The notes beneath the pieces are model-generated. The model was not told where the DNA came from and searched no databases. It worked only from the letters and a program-made list of their open reading frames with translations. From NCBI GenBank assembly GCA_019689975.1, contig JADGGK010000002.1, positions 38,114 to 102,113 of the forward strand: a stretch of 64,000 nucleotides of DNA, read 5' to 3'. The stretch is from Pseudolabrys sp. Its GTDB lineage: Bacteria; Pseudomonadota; Alphaproteobacteria; Rhizobiales; Xanthobacteraceae. Both the position numbers and the translations under genes were made by a program. This document shows positions 30,831 through 39,803 of this stretch, in pieces (the first letter of the stretch is position 1; every line of letters begins with the position of its first letter).

Positions 30831-31304
30831 TCAATGCGCCGGGCTTGCGGCCGAATTGCGGGCGCCGCTCTCGGCAAGCGCGGCGTTGAAATAGACCGGC
30901 GAGTCGCCGAGCATGATGCGCCGTTCGCATTGCGGCGCGCAACTATAGGATTCGCGCTCCAAACCGCGATAGACCACCACCAGGTCGCGGCCGCGCTCGC
31001 TCTCGACCTGCACGGCCGACTCCATGAGCACGTTGCCGGCGCGGTCGAGCGCCAGCAAGTTGGTGGTGCCGTAACCCTTTCCCGTGACCACCAGCACGCC
31101 GCCCTTCTGCAGCGTGGCATCGGCAATGAGCGGATTGCCGATCACGATGGTGGCGACCTCAGCGGGAAGCTTCACGATGCGCGCCTGGTCGACGCGGATG
31201 CGCACGGTCTCCGCCCGCGCGAGGCCCGCAAACATGGCCATGCACGCGGCTGCCGCGACCAGAAGGGAGAGCCGACCCACCCGATACGCCGAAACGGCCC
31301 TCAT
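30831..31304 (-). CDS. Pilus assembly protein, stand-alone pilus-formation N-terminal (CpaC-N-like) domain
   Basis: Met 58 of ORF 30831..31475. Signal peptide, then VRIRVDQARIVKLPAEVATIVIGNPLIADATL...GKGYGTTNLLALD, which resembles the N-terminal region of CpaC in this same window (SIALDLPADIKDVLVADPKIANAVV...GVAVGQTNIYFFD). Confidence 0.7.
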   Translation of the reverse strand: MRAVSAYRVGRLSLLVAAAACMAMFAGLARAETVRIRVDQARIVKLPAEVATIVIGNPLIADATLQKGGVLVVTGKGYGTTNLLALDRAGNVLMESAVQVESERGRDLVVVYRGLERESYSCAPQCERRIMLGDSPVYFNAALAESGARNSAASPAH

Positions 31305-31640
31305 GCGCGCTCCGAATGTTCCCCGCCACAGCCAGCCGCCGCGCCGGGCGGCGAGCGGGAGCAGTCTCACCCGAAATGGTGAATGAAATGCAAACATGCG
31401 CGCCGCGGGGCGGGCCGCAGGTTCCGAGGCGGGGCCCGCGGCGCACCGGCGGCGGAAAAACCTCCGGCGGGCCATGATGGCCGTGCGGCGGCGACGCCGC
31501 GCACGGCGGAGATCACGATGAAGAACCGCGATGTAAAAATGAATAATAATGCAATAGCGGGAAAAATTTCAGGAAGAAGACTTCGGTATTGGCTCCCCCC
31601 GGAGCGAATATTACGGTCTCGATAGCCGAGAAATGATCCG

Positions 31641-31727
31641 TTAACCGTGATGATCTTGGTTATAATCCTTGTTAACCACCCCGAAGCATGTGGGAAATAC
31701 ACCGATAATTCTGCGATCGGATTAACC
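31641..31727 (+). promoter_or_regulatory. Candidate flp promoter/operator region: three TTAACC motifs plus a TATAAT box in an AT-rich island
   Basis: TTAACC at 31641-46, 31672-77 and 31722-27; TATAAT at 31661-66. This is the most AT-rich stretch near the pilin gene, about 170 nt upstream of the flp ATG. Function not demonstrated. Confidence 0.35.
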
Positions 31728-31833
31728 CGGGCGCAAGGCCGCCTCGCTAGGGTGCGCCCTGGTCCGGGAGCGCCGGAGGCAATCCCGTCGCCCGGTCCTG
31801 CTCAGACAGCCACGTGTGCACAAGGAGCTACCG

Positions 31834-32016
31834 ATGAAGAATCTGGTCGTGCGTTTCCTCAACGACGACTCGGGCGCCACGGCGATCGAGTACGGTCTCA
31901 TTGCCGCCGGCATCTCGATCACGATCCTGGCCGTCGTGTTCAGTGTCGGCTCGCAGCTTCAGGCTAAATTCTCATGCGTTGCTAACTCGCTCAGTGGCGG
32001 TGCGCCTGCCTGTTAA
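31834..32016 (+). CDS. flp: Flp-family type IVb pilin
   Basis: MKNLVVRFLNDDSG/ATAIEYGLIAAGISI is the canonical Flp motif and prepilin cleavage site. AAGGAG RBS at 31822-27. 60 aa. Confidence 0.93.
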   Translation: MKNLVVRFLNDDSGATAIEYGLIAAGISITILAVVFSVGSQLQAKFSCVANSLSGGAPAC

Positions 32017-32044
32017 ATCGACGGTTCAAGCGACCGTTACGTGA

Positions 32045-32074
32045 GGCTCCGGACCGTGATCCGGAGCCTTTTTT
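32045..32074 (+). terminator. Intrinsic terminator after flp
   Basis: GGCTCCGGA (32045-53) / loop CCGTGA / TCCGGAGCC (32060-68), followed by TTTTTT (32069-74). Confidence 0.8.
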
Positions 32075-32208
32075 CATCGTCGGGTTCGGTTCGGCGCGCA
32101 GGTGCCGGCGCATGTTTACGCGCGGTCAACGAATCCGGGGTTAGGGCGGACCGCCAGGCATCGCCGCTCAACCGGGAGGCAGGAGAAGAGAGGGAGGACG
32201 CCAGACCG

Positions 32209-32742
32209 ATGCTGATCGACGTGCTCCGGCTGTTGCTGTTTCCCGCGCTGATGGCGTTTGCCGCCTCGAGCGATCTCCTCACCATGACCATTTCCAACCG
32301 GCTGTCGCTTGCCTTGGCGGCAGGCTTCTTCCTGCTGGTGCTGGTGACGGGGATGAGCCCCGCCGCCGTCGGCTGGCATCTCGCGGCGGCGCTGCTGGTG
32401 CTGGCGGTCGCGTTCGGCTTTTTCAGCCTCGGCTGGATCGGCGGCGGGGACGCCAAGCTCGCGGCGGCAACCGCGCTGTGGTTCGGTTTCGATTATCTCC
32501 TCGCCTATCTCGTCTACGCCTCGCTCCTCGGCGGCGCGCTCACCTTGCTCCTGCTGCAGTTCCGGAAACTGCCGCTGCCCGGCCTGCTCGCGCGGCAACC
32601 GTGGATCCAGCGGCTGCACGAGAACGGTGCCGGCATCCCTTACGGGATCGCGCTCGCCGCCGCCGCCATGCTGATCTACCCGCAGACCGGCTGGATGCCC
32701 GGCGGGTGGATGCCGGGGATGGGCCTGGCCGCGCTGAGATAG
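32209..32742 (+). CDS. cpaA: Prepilin peptidase CpaA/TadV (A24 family)
   Basis: Met 57 of ORF 32041..32742. Polytopic, with SSDLLTMTISN and GGGDAKLAAATALW, the two catalytic Asp contexts. Confidence 0.85.
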   Translation: MLIDVLRLLLFPALMAFAASSDLLTMTISNRLSLALAAGFFLLVLVTGMSPAAVGWHLAAALLVLAVAFGFFSLGWIGGGDAKLAAATALWFGFDYLLAYLVYASLLGGALTLLLLQFRKLPLPGLLARQPWIQRLHENGAGIPYGIALAAAAMLIYPQTGWMPGGWMPGMGLAALR

Positions 32743-32892
32743 ACCCCGGCAGCCGGGCCGGCACGCGCGACCTTGCGGAAGCGGATAGAGGTCCGCGCGC
32801 GGGCAGAGCATCGCTTCCGCCCCGCCAATCCCCCGCGAACCGGCACGGCAAGACAATATTAACGCGATTTGGTCACCGCTTCTTAACCATGC

Positions 32893-32913
32893 TTTGACCT
32901 TTCGCTGGTCAAA
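32893..32913. repeat. Perfect inverted repeat TTTGACC-N7-GGTCAAA upstream of cpaB (candidate operator)
   Basis: Read directly, 54 nt upstream of the cpaB ATG, within the 224-nt cpaA-cpaB spacer. Confidence 0.4.
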
Positions 32914-32966
32914 TCCGACGCGTGCGGTCGCATCGGCCGCCAGCCTGCACGCCAGAGAGTGAGCGC

Positions 32967-33743
32967 ATGAAAGCCGCCCGCATCCTCGTGTTGACCGTTG
33001 CGCTCGCCGCCGGCGGCGTCGCCGCGCTGCTCGCCGGTCGATCCGCGGCGCCGGAAAAACCCAAGCCGGCGCAGCCGGCGGTCGCCACCGTCGACGTGCT
33101 GGTGGCCAAGACCGACATCGACATGGGCAAGCCGATCACGGCGCAAGACGTCGCCTGGCAGGCCTGGCCCGAGAGCGCCAAGCTCGGCAATTTCATCCGC
33201 CGCAGCGAACAGCCCGACGCCGTGCGCGCGCTCCAAGGCGCAATCGCGCGCGCCCCCTTCGTCGCCGGCGAACCGATTCGCGAGGCCAAGCTGGTGCGAC
33301 CGAACGGGTCGGGCTTCATGGCCGCGATCCTGCCGCCGGGCATGCGCGCGGTCTCGATCGCCGTTTCGCCGGAAAGCGCGGCGGCCGGTTTCATCCTGCC
33401 CAACGATCACGTCGACGTCGTGCTCACGCGCCGCGACCGCGAAGGCAACAGCGAAACGCAGACGAGCGAGATCATCCTGCGCGATATCCGCGTGCTGGCG
33501 ATCGACCAGCAGCTGGAGGAGAAAAACGGACAGAAGGTGGTGGTGGGCAAGACGGCGACGCTCGAACTGACGCCGAGCCAAGTCGAAGCCATCACGCTTG
33601 CCCGGCAGACCGGCACGCTGTCGCTCGCGCTGCGCAGCCTCAGCGATGTCGGCAAGGGCAAATCCGGCGAGCTCGATCGGTCGAGCGGTGACACGGTGAA
33701 TGTCATCCGCTTCGGCGTGAGCAAGACGGTGACGCCGCGATGA
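32967..33743 (+). CDS. cpaB: Flp pilus assembly protein CpaB/RcpC
   Basis: MKAARILVLTVALAAGGVAALLAG anchor. SAF-like region VLVAKTDIDMGKPIT; typical CpaB length. Confidence 0.88.
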   Translation: MKAARILVLTVALAAGGVAALLAGRSAAPEKPKPAQPAVATVDVLVAKTDIDMGKPITAQDVAWQAWPESAKLGNFIRRSEQPDAVRALQGAIARAPFVAGEPIREAKLVRPNGSGFMAAILPPGMRAVSIAVSPESAAAGFILPNDHVDVVLTRRDREGNSETQTSEIILRDIRVLAIDQQLEEKNGQKVVVGKTATLELTPSQVEAITLARQTGTLSLALRSLSDVGKGKSGELDRSSGDTVNVIRFGVSKTVTPR

Positions 33744-33762
33744 TCCACGGGGGGTCAGAAGG

Positions 33763-35214
33763 ATGAGGGAGGGCATGACGCGTCCGCTCACTCGCGCCGC
33801 CGCGGCTGCGGCCTTGATGCTCGGCATGGCGCTGGCGCCGCTCGTTTCCTCGGCCGCGGCGGACCGGCCGGCGCCGGCCGCGCGTCTTGCCGCCAGCGAT
33901 GCGGGATCACACTTCGTCGCCCTCGGGGTCGGCAAATCCATCGCGCTCGATCTGCCGGCCGACATCAAGGACGTGCTCGTCGCCGATCCCAAGATCGCCA
34001 ATGCGGTCGTCCGCACCGCGCGCCGCGTCTACATGATCGGCGTCGCGGTCGGTCAGACCAATATCTACTTCTTCGACGCGCAGGGCCGCCAGATCGCGGG
34101 TTATGACATCGCCGTGACGCGGGATCTCAACGGCGTGCGCGCGGCGTTCCGTCGCCTGCTGCCTGACTCGAACATCGCCATCGAGGGCGTGGGTGCGGAT
34201 GGAGTGATGTTGTCCGGTACCGCCGCGAGTCCGGCCGAAGCGCAGCAGGCCTACGACATCGCTTCGCGACTCGTCGGTGACGGGACCAAGGTGGTCAACG
34301 GCATCACGGTCAAGGGCCGCGATCAGGTCATGCTCAAGGTCACCGTCGCCGAGGTCAAGCGCGACGTGATCAAGCAGCTCGGCATCGACCTCTCCGGCAG
34401 CCTCAACTACGGCACCGCCGTCGTGAACTTCAACACCTCCAATCCGTTCTCCGCCAGCGGCCAGGCGCTCAGCGACACCGCGATCGCGGGGACCTGGAAG
34501 AACGTCACCGCCACGCTGCGGGCGATGGAGCGCGCCGGCGTCATCCGCACCCTCGCCGAACCCAATCTGACCGCCATATCCGGCGAAACCGCGACCTTCA
34601 TGGCCGGTGGGGAATTCCCGATCCCGAACGGCCTCTCCTGCGACACCACGAAATCGCCCCCGGTCTGTCAGGCGCAGGTCTCGTTCAAGACCTTCGGCGT
34701 GAGCCTGATGTTCACGCCCGTCGTGCTGTCGGAAGGCCGCATCAGCCTCAAGGTGATGACGGAGGTCTCCGACCTGTCGATGGAGAACGCGCTCACGCAG
34801 CAGGTGCCGGGTTCGACGCAGAGCCTCACCATCCCGTCGATCCAGACCCGGCGCGCCGAGACCGTGGTCGAGATCCCCTCGGGCGGTTCGCTGGCGATGG
34901 CCGGCATGATCCAGGAGCAAACCAAGCACGCGATCAACGGCCTGCCCGGGCTGATGCGCGTGCCGATCCTAGGCGCGCTGTTCCGCAGCCGCGACTACAT
35001 CAACCACGAGACCGAGCTGATGATCCTGGTCACGCCCTATGTCGTGCGCGCCGTCGCACAGAAGGACCTGTCGCGTCCGGATGACGGATTCGCCGATCCG
35101 ACGGACCCGGCGGCGATTTTGCTCGGCCGCATCAACCGCATCTACGGGGCGCACGGCAAGCCGGTCGAACCGGCGAACAGCTACCACGGCAAGTATGGAT
35201 TCATCCTGGACTGA
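33763..35214 (+). CDS. cpaC: Secretin CpaC/RcpA (type II/III secretion system family)
   Basis: Signal peptide; C-terminal secretin domain (LAEPNLTAISGETATFMAGGEFPIP ... GGSLAMAGMIQE ... PGLMRVPILGALFRS). An alternative start is at 33775. Confidence 0.92.
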   Translation: MREGMTRPLTRAAAAAALMLGMALAPLVSSAAADRPAPAARLAASDAGSHFVALGVGKSIALDLPADIKDVLVADPKIANAVVRTARRVYMIGVAVGQTNIYFFDAQGRQIAGYDIAVTRDLNGVRAAFRRLLPDSNIAIEGVGADGVMLSGTAASPAEAQQAYDIASRLVGDGTKVVNGITVKGRDQVMLKVTVAEVKRDVIKQLGIDLSGSLNYGTAVVNFNTSNPFSASGQALSDTAIAGTWKNVTATLRAMERAGVIRTLAEPNLTAISGETATFMAGGEFPIPNGLSCDTTKSPPVCQAQVSFKTFGVSLMFTPVVLSEGRISLKVMTEVSDLSMENALTQQVPGSTQSLTIPSIQTRRAETVVEIPSGGSLAMAGMIQEQTKHAINGLPGLMRVPILGALFRSRDYINHETELMILVTPYVVRAVAQKDLSRPDDGFADPTDPAAILLGRINRIYGAHGKPVEPANSYHGKYGFILD

Positions 35215-35227
35215 ACGGGGGCGAGCG

Positions 35228-35962
35228 ATGCGCACAGTTGAAGCAACGAGTTCGGGCTGTCGCCGCGCGATCGTCCGCCTCATATGCGCCGGCGCGCTCG
35301 CGGGCGCTCTTGCCGGCTGCCATCAAGCGACCGTCGCGCAGACCCGCTATCCCGACGACTATCGCAAGCGTCATCCCATCGTCGTCCAGGAGGGCGTGCA
35401 CAGCCTCGACGTTTTCGTCGGCCGCAATCGCGGCGGGCTTAATCCCGGCCAGCGCGCCGATGTCCTCGCCTTCGCCCAGACCTGGCGACACGAGTCGACG
35501 AGCGGCATCCTGATCGAGGCGCCTTCCGGCGGCCCCACCGGACGCGCCGTCGAGGAGACGATGCGCGAGATCACGTCTATCCTCGACGCCTCCGGCGTTC
35601 CGCGCAACGTGGTCCGCGTCCGCCGTCCTCCGGCCGCAGGCTCCGCGCTCGCCATCATCCGGTTGAAGTACACGCAGCTCACCGCCAAGGTCGGGCCCTG
35701 CGGGACATGGCCGAACGATCTCGGGCCGAACGGCGGCGAGGCCTATGTCGGGAACAAGCCCTATTGGAATTTCGGCTGCGCCACGCAGCGCAACCTTGCC
35801 GCCATGGTCGCCAATCCCGCGGATCTCGTGCAGCCGCGGGCCGAACTGCCCGCCTATGAGGCGCGTCGATCGGTGATGATCGACAAGTACCGCAAGGGCG
35901 AGAACATGTCCGGGACCTACACGGGCTACGACAAAGGCAAGATCAGCGATCTCGGAAAATGA
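35228..35962 (+). CDS. cpaD: CpaD pilus assembly lipoprotein
   Basis: Met 64 of ORF 35039..35962. Lipobox LAGALAGC. Position between cpaC and cpaE; GCATQRNLAAMVANPADL is CpaD-like. Confidence 0.78.
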   Translation: MRTVEATSSGCRRAIVRLICAGALAGALAGCHQATVAQTRYPDDYRKRHPIVVQEGVHSLDVFVGRNRGGLNPGQRADVLAFAQTWRHESTSGILIEAPSGGPTGRAVEETMREITSILDASGVPRNVVRVRRPPAAGSALAIIRLKYTQLTAKVGPCGTWPNDLGPNGGEAYVGNKPYWNFGCATQRNLAAMVANPADLVQPRAELPAYEARRSVMIDKYRKGENMSGTYTGYDKGKISDLGK

Positions 35963-37239
35963 TCAGGCACGCAGCGCAAGCCGTCGAGGAACGGACCGCG
36001 CCGGTCGAGGCCGGCGCAGGAGACGATCACATCGCGCCGGCGCCTCGCGTCTCGGTGCAGGCCTTTTGCGAGACGGTGGAGACCGCCGCCGCCGTGCAGT
36101 CGGCCGGCGAGGATCGCCGGCTTGCGAAAACGCATCTCAAGATTCAGATGGGCGGCGCGGCCGCGGCCTTCGAGGCGTACAAAGGGGCGCCCACCCCCAA
36201 CGTGATCATCATCGAATGCGACCGCCGCGCCGAAGAGGTCCTCAAGAGCCTCGATCAGCTCGCGGAAGTCTGCGACGCAGGCACCCATGTCATCGTCATC
36301 GGCCGCATCAACGACGTAGGATTTTATCGCGAGCTTACCCGGCGCGGCGTCAGCGAATATCTGATCGCGCCGGTCGCGGTCATCGACGTGGTGCGCGCTG
36401 TCTGCGGGCTGTACGTGACGCCCGACGCCAAGCCGGTCGGGCGCATCATCGCGGTGGTGGGTGCCAAAGGAGGCGTCGGCGCCTCGACCGTCGCCCACAA
36501 TATCGGATGGTCCATCGCGCGCGACCTTTCCCTCGATTCGGTGGTGACCGATCTCGACCTCGCATTTGGCACCGCCGGCCTCGACTACAACCAGGATCCG
36601 CCCCAGGGGATCGCCGACGCGGTATTCTCGCCCGAGCGGGTCGACAGCAATTTCGTTGACCGGCTGCTCTCGAAATGCACCGACCGCCTCAGCCTGCTGG
36701 CGGCGCCGGCGACGCTCGACCGCGTCTATGATTTCGGCGCGGAAGCCTTCGACGCCATTCTCGATTCGCTGCGGGGATCGATTCCCTGCGTCGTGCTCGA
36801 CATTCCGCACCAGTGGAGCGGCTGGACGCGGCGATTGCTGATCGCCGCCGACGACATCCTGGTGGTGGCCGCGCCCGATCTTGCCAATCTGCGCAACGCC
36901 AAAAACATCGTCGATCTGCTGCGCGCCCAGCGCCCGAACGACAGACGCCCCTATTATTGCCTCAATCAGGTCGGGGTGCCGAAGCGACCGGAAATCACTC
37001 CCGCCGATTTTGGCAAGGCGCTGGAAGATGCGCCGCTCGCGGTCATCCCGTTCGAACCGCAACTGTTCGGGACCGCCGCCAACAACGGCCAGATGATCGC
37101 CGAGATCGCGGCAGGGCACAAGATCACGGAAACCTTCCGCCAGATGGCGCAAGCGCTGACCGGCCGCGCCGAAACCAAGCGCGCGCGCGGCGGCCTGCTG
37201 TCGCCCTTGCTCGCGCGCCTGACCGGGCGCGCGGGATGA
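35959..37239 (+). CDS. cpaE: CpaE/TadZ ParA-MinD-like ATPase with N-terminal receiver-like domain
   Basis: Deviant Walker A VVGAKGGVGAST. ATGA overlap with the cpaD stop. 426 aa. Confidence 0.88.
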   Translation: MIRHAAQAVEERTAPVEAGAGDDHIAPAPRVSVQAFCETVETAAAVQSAGEDRRLAKTHLKIQMGGAAAAFEAYKGAPTPNVIIIECDRRAEEVLKSLDQLAEVCDAGTHVIVIGRINDVGFYRELTRRGVSEYLIAPVAVIDVVRAVCGLYVTPDAKPVGRIIAVVGAKGGVGASTVAHNIGWSIARDLSLDSVVTDLDLAFGTAGLDYNQDPPQGIADAVFSPERVDSNFVDRLLSKCTDRLSLLAAPATLDRVYDFGAEAFDAILDSLRGSIPCVVLDIPHQWSGWTRRLLIAADDILVVAAPDLANLRNAKNIVDLLRAQRPNDRRPYYCLNQVGVPKRPEITPADFGKALEDAPLAVIPFEPQLFGTAANNGQMIAEIAAGHKITETFRQMAQALTGRAETKRARGGLLSPLLARLTGRAG

Positions 37240-37263
37240 TCGCTCTATCCGGAGTCGTCGGTC

Positions 37264-38778
37264 GTGTTCGGCAAGCGTAGCGCCCCGACGGAAATCGCGG
37301 CCCCGGCTCCCCGGCCCGCGCCGCCGGCGACCGCCGCGCCGGCGGCGCCGGCCGAGAGGTCTCTCGGCGCGGCCGCACCGACGCAATTCCCGTCCGACGG
37401 CCTCGGCGCGCCGCTCGTGCCGGCGCCGGGCCCGGGCTCCGCCCCGGTCACCGTCAACATGCCGGCGATCGACTCGCACCGCTCAGACGCCTATTACGAG
37501 ACGAAGAGCGTCATCTTCGGCGCGCTGATCGAAGCCATCGATCTGGCTCAGCTCGCGCGCCTCGACCCGGAGTCGGCGCGCGAAGAGATCCGCGACATCG
37601 TCAACGAGATCATCGCGATCAAGAACATCGTGATGTCGATCGCCGAGCAGGAAGAGCTGCTCGACGATATCTGCAACGACGTGCTCGGATTCGGACCGCT
37701 CGAGCCGCTGCTCGCGCGCGACGACATCGCCGACATCATGGTGAACGGCGCCGGCACGGTCTATATCGAAGTCAAGGGCAAGATCCAGAAGACCGGCATC
37801 CGCTTCCGCGACAACCAGCAGCTTCTCAACATCTGCCAGCGGATCGTGAGCCAGATCGGCCGCCGCGTCGACGAATCCTCGCCGATCTGCGACGCGCGTC
37901 TGCCCGACGGTTCCCGCGTCAACGTCATCGCTCCGCCGCTCGCCATCGACGGCCCCGCGCTGACGATCCGCAAATTCCGCAAGGACAAGCTCACGCTTGA
38001 CCAGCTGGTCAAGTTCGGCACCATCACGCCGCAGGGCGCCGAAATCCTGCGCATCATCGGCCGTTGTCGGGTCAATACGCTGGTGTCGGGCAGCACGGGC
38101 TCCGGCAAGACGACACTACTCAACTGTCTCACCCAGTTCATCGACAATGGCGAGCGCATCATCACCTGCGAGGACGCCGCCGAGCTGCAATTGCAGCAGC
38201 CGCACGTGGTCAGGCTTGAGACGCGGCCGCCCAACCTCGAAGGCGAGGGCGAAGTGACCATGCGCGATCTCGTGCGCAACTGCCTGCGCATGCGGCCGGA
38301 CCGGATCATCGTCGGCGAGGTGCGCGGAGCCGAGGCCTTCGACCTGCTGCAGGCGATGAACACCGGCCACGACGGTTCGATGGGCACCGTGCACGCGAAC
38401 TCGCCGCGCGAGGCCCTGTCGCGTCTTGAGTCGATGATCACCATGGGCGGCTTCGGATTGCCCGTGCACACCATTCGCGCCATGATCGCGGCCTCTATCG
38501 ACGTCGTCATCCATAGCCAGCGCCTGCGCGACGGCTCGCGCAAGATCACCCACATCACGGAAATCGTGGGCATGGAAGGCGACGTCCTGATCACCCAGGA
38601 TCTTCTGGTCTTTGAGATCCTCGGCGAGGACGCGCACGGGCAGATCCACGGTCGCCACCGCGCGACCGGCATCGCACGGCCGCGCTTCTGGGAAAGCGCC
38701 CGCTATTATGGCGAGGAAGAGCGGCTCGCGCGGGCGCTCGATGCTGCCGAGGCGGCCGACGAGCCGCTTCGCGGGTGA
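37264..38778 (+). CDS. cpaF: CpaF/TadA secretion ATPase
   Basis: Walker A GSTGSGKTTLLN, Asp box/Walker B (RIIVGEVRG), His box (TGHDGSMGTVHAN). GTG start. Confidence 0.95.
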   Translation: MFGKRSAPTEIAAPAPRPAPPATAAPAAPAERSLGAAAPTQFPSDGLGAPLVPAPGPGSAPVTVNMPAIDSHRSDAYYETKSVIFGALIEAIDLAQLARLDPESAREEIRDIVNEIIAIKNIVMSIAEQEELLDDICNDVLGFGPLEPLLARDDIADIMVNGAGTVYIEVKGKIQKTGIRFRDNQQLLNICQRIVSQIGRRVDESSPICDARLPDGSRVNVIAPPLAIDGPALTIRKFRKDKLTLDQLVKFGTITPQGAEILRIIGRCRVNTLVSGSTGSGKTTLLNCLTQFIDNGERIITCEDAAELQLQQPHVVRLETRPPNLEGEGEVTMRDLVRNCLRMRPDRIIVGEVRGAEAFDLLQAMNTGHDGSMGTVHANSPREALSRLESMITMGGFGLPVHTIRAMIAASIDVVIHSQRLRDGSRKITHITEIVGMEGDVLITQDLLVFEILGEDAHGQIHGRHRATGIARPRFWESARYYGEEERLARALDAAEAADEPLRG

Positions 38779-38788
38779 GGCTCAATCC

Positions 38789-39763
38789 ATGCCGATGCAG
38801 ACTATGGCGATGTTCTTTCTCGCGGCGGTCGCCTGCGGCGGCATCGCCTGGGTTTTCGTCTATCCGATCCTGTCGGGCGAACGCAAGGCGGCGCGCCGGA
38901 TGGAAAGCGTCACCAGGGCGGATCCGGTGGCGCGTGCCAGTCGCGTCACGCAGAAATCGCGACGTGACGTCATCGAAACGACACTCAGGGAGCTCGAGGA
39001 GCGCCAGAAGAAGTCGCGGCGGCCGCCGCTCAGCGTCCGCATCGCACAAGCCGGACTCGACTGGTCGAAGCGGAAGTTCTTCGTGATCGCGGCGGGAATC
39101 GGCCTTGCCTGCTTCGCGTTCGGCATTCTGGTCGGCGCGGGACTCCTGGCCGCCGTCGCTCTTGCCTTCGCCGGCGCTTGCGGCGCGCCGCTCTGGCTGC
39201 TGTCGTTCCTCAAGAAGCGACGCGAGGCCGCGTTCATCGAGGCGCTTCCTGATGCCGTCGATATTATCGTGCGCGGCATCAAGGCGGGCCTGCCGCTGCA
39301 CGATTCGCTCAGGGTCATCACCGCCGAATCGCCCGAACCGTTGCGCTCCGAATTCCGTCAGATCATCGAGACCCAGGCGATCGGCGTGCCGTTGGCCGAT
39401 GCCTGCGCCAAGCTCTACGAACGCATGCCCCTGCCGGAAGCCAATTTCTTCGGCATCGTCATCGCGATTCAGCAGCGCGCCGGCGGCAACCTGGCCGAGG
39501 CGCTCGGGAATCTGTCCCGCGTTTTGCGCGATCGCAAGAAGATGAAAGCCAAGATCCGAGCGATGTCGCAGGAAGCCAAGACATCGGCCTGGATCATCGG
39601 CGCGTTGCCGATCGTGGTGATCCTCATGGTTTATTTCACGAACCCCAACTACATCACGCTGCTCTGGACGACGCCGCTCGGCCGGGTCATGCTGGCCGGG
39701 TCGGCGGTGTGGATGCTTATCGGGATCCTCGTGATGAAGAAGATGATCAGTTTCGATTTCTGA
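38789..39763 (+). CDS. tadB: TadB (type II secretion system F family) inner-membrane platform protein
   Basis: Met 60 of ORF 38612..39763. T2SS-F domain (ALPDAVDIIVRGIKAGLPL). Confidence 0.88.
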   Translation: MPMQTMAMFFLAAVACGGIAWVFVYPILSGERKAARRMESVTRADPVARASRVTQKSRRDVIETTLRELEERQKKSRRPPLSVRIAQAGLDWSKRKFFVIAAGIGLACFAFGILVGAGLLAAVALAFAGACGAPLWLLSFLKKRREAAFIEALPDAVDIIVRGIKAGLPLHDSLRVITAESPEPLRSEFRQIIETQAIGVPLADACAKLYERMPLPEANFFGIVIAIQQRAGGNLAEALGNLSRVLRDRKKMKAKIRAMSQEAKTSAWIIGALPIVVILMVYFTNPNYITLLWTTPLGRVMLAGSAVWMLIGILVMKKMISFDF

Positions 39764-39803
39764 CGCGTCGCGCCCGAAGGCGCGCGGAGGACGAAGCCAG
39801 CCG

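Noticed and set aside
31383-31625. ORF, including a possible 35-aa peptide (MKNRDVKMNNNAIAGK...), in the AT-rich flp upstream region.
   Set aside because: Its codon usage is unlike the rest of the window and it has no RBS or recognisable family. It is more likely promoter or regulatory DNA, although a leader peptide cannot be excluded.
31641-31727. Canonical CtrA full sites (TTAA-N7-TTAAC) at the flp, cpaB, tadD-like and ugd upstream regions.
   Set aside because: Only half-sites (TTAAC) are present. The spacings observed (7, 13, 20, 27 and more nt) do not match N7, so I do not call CtrA boxes.
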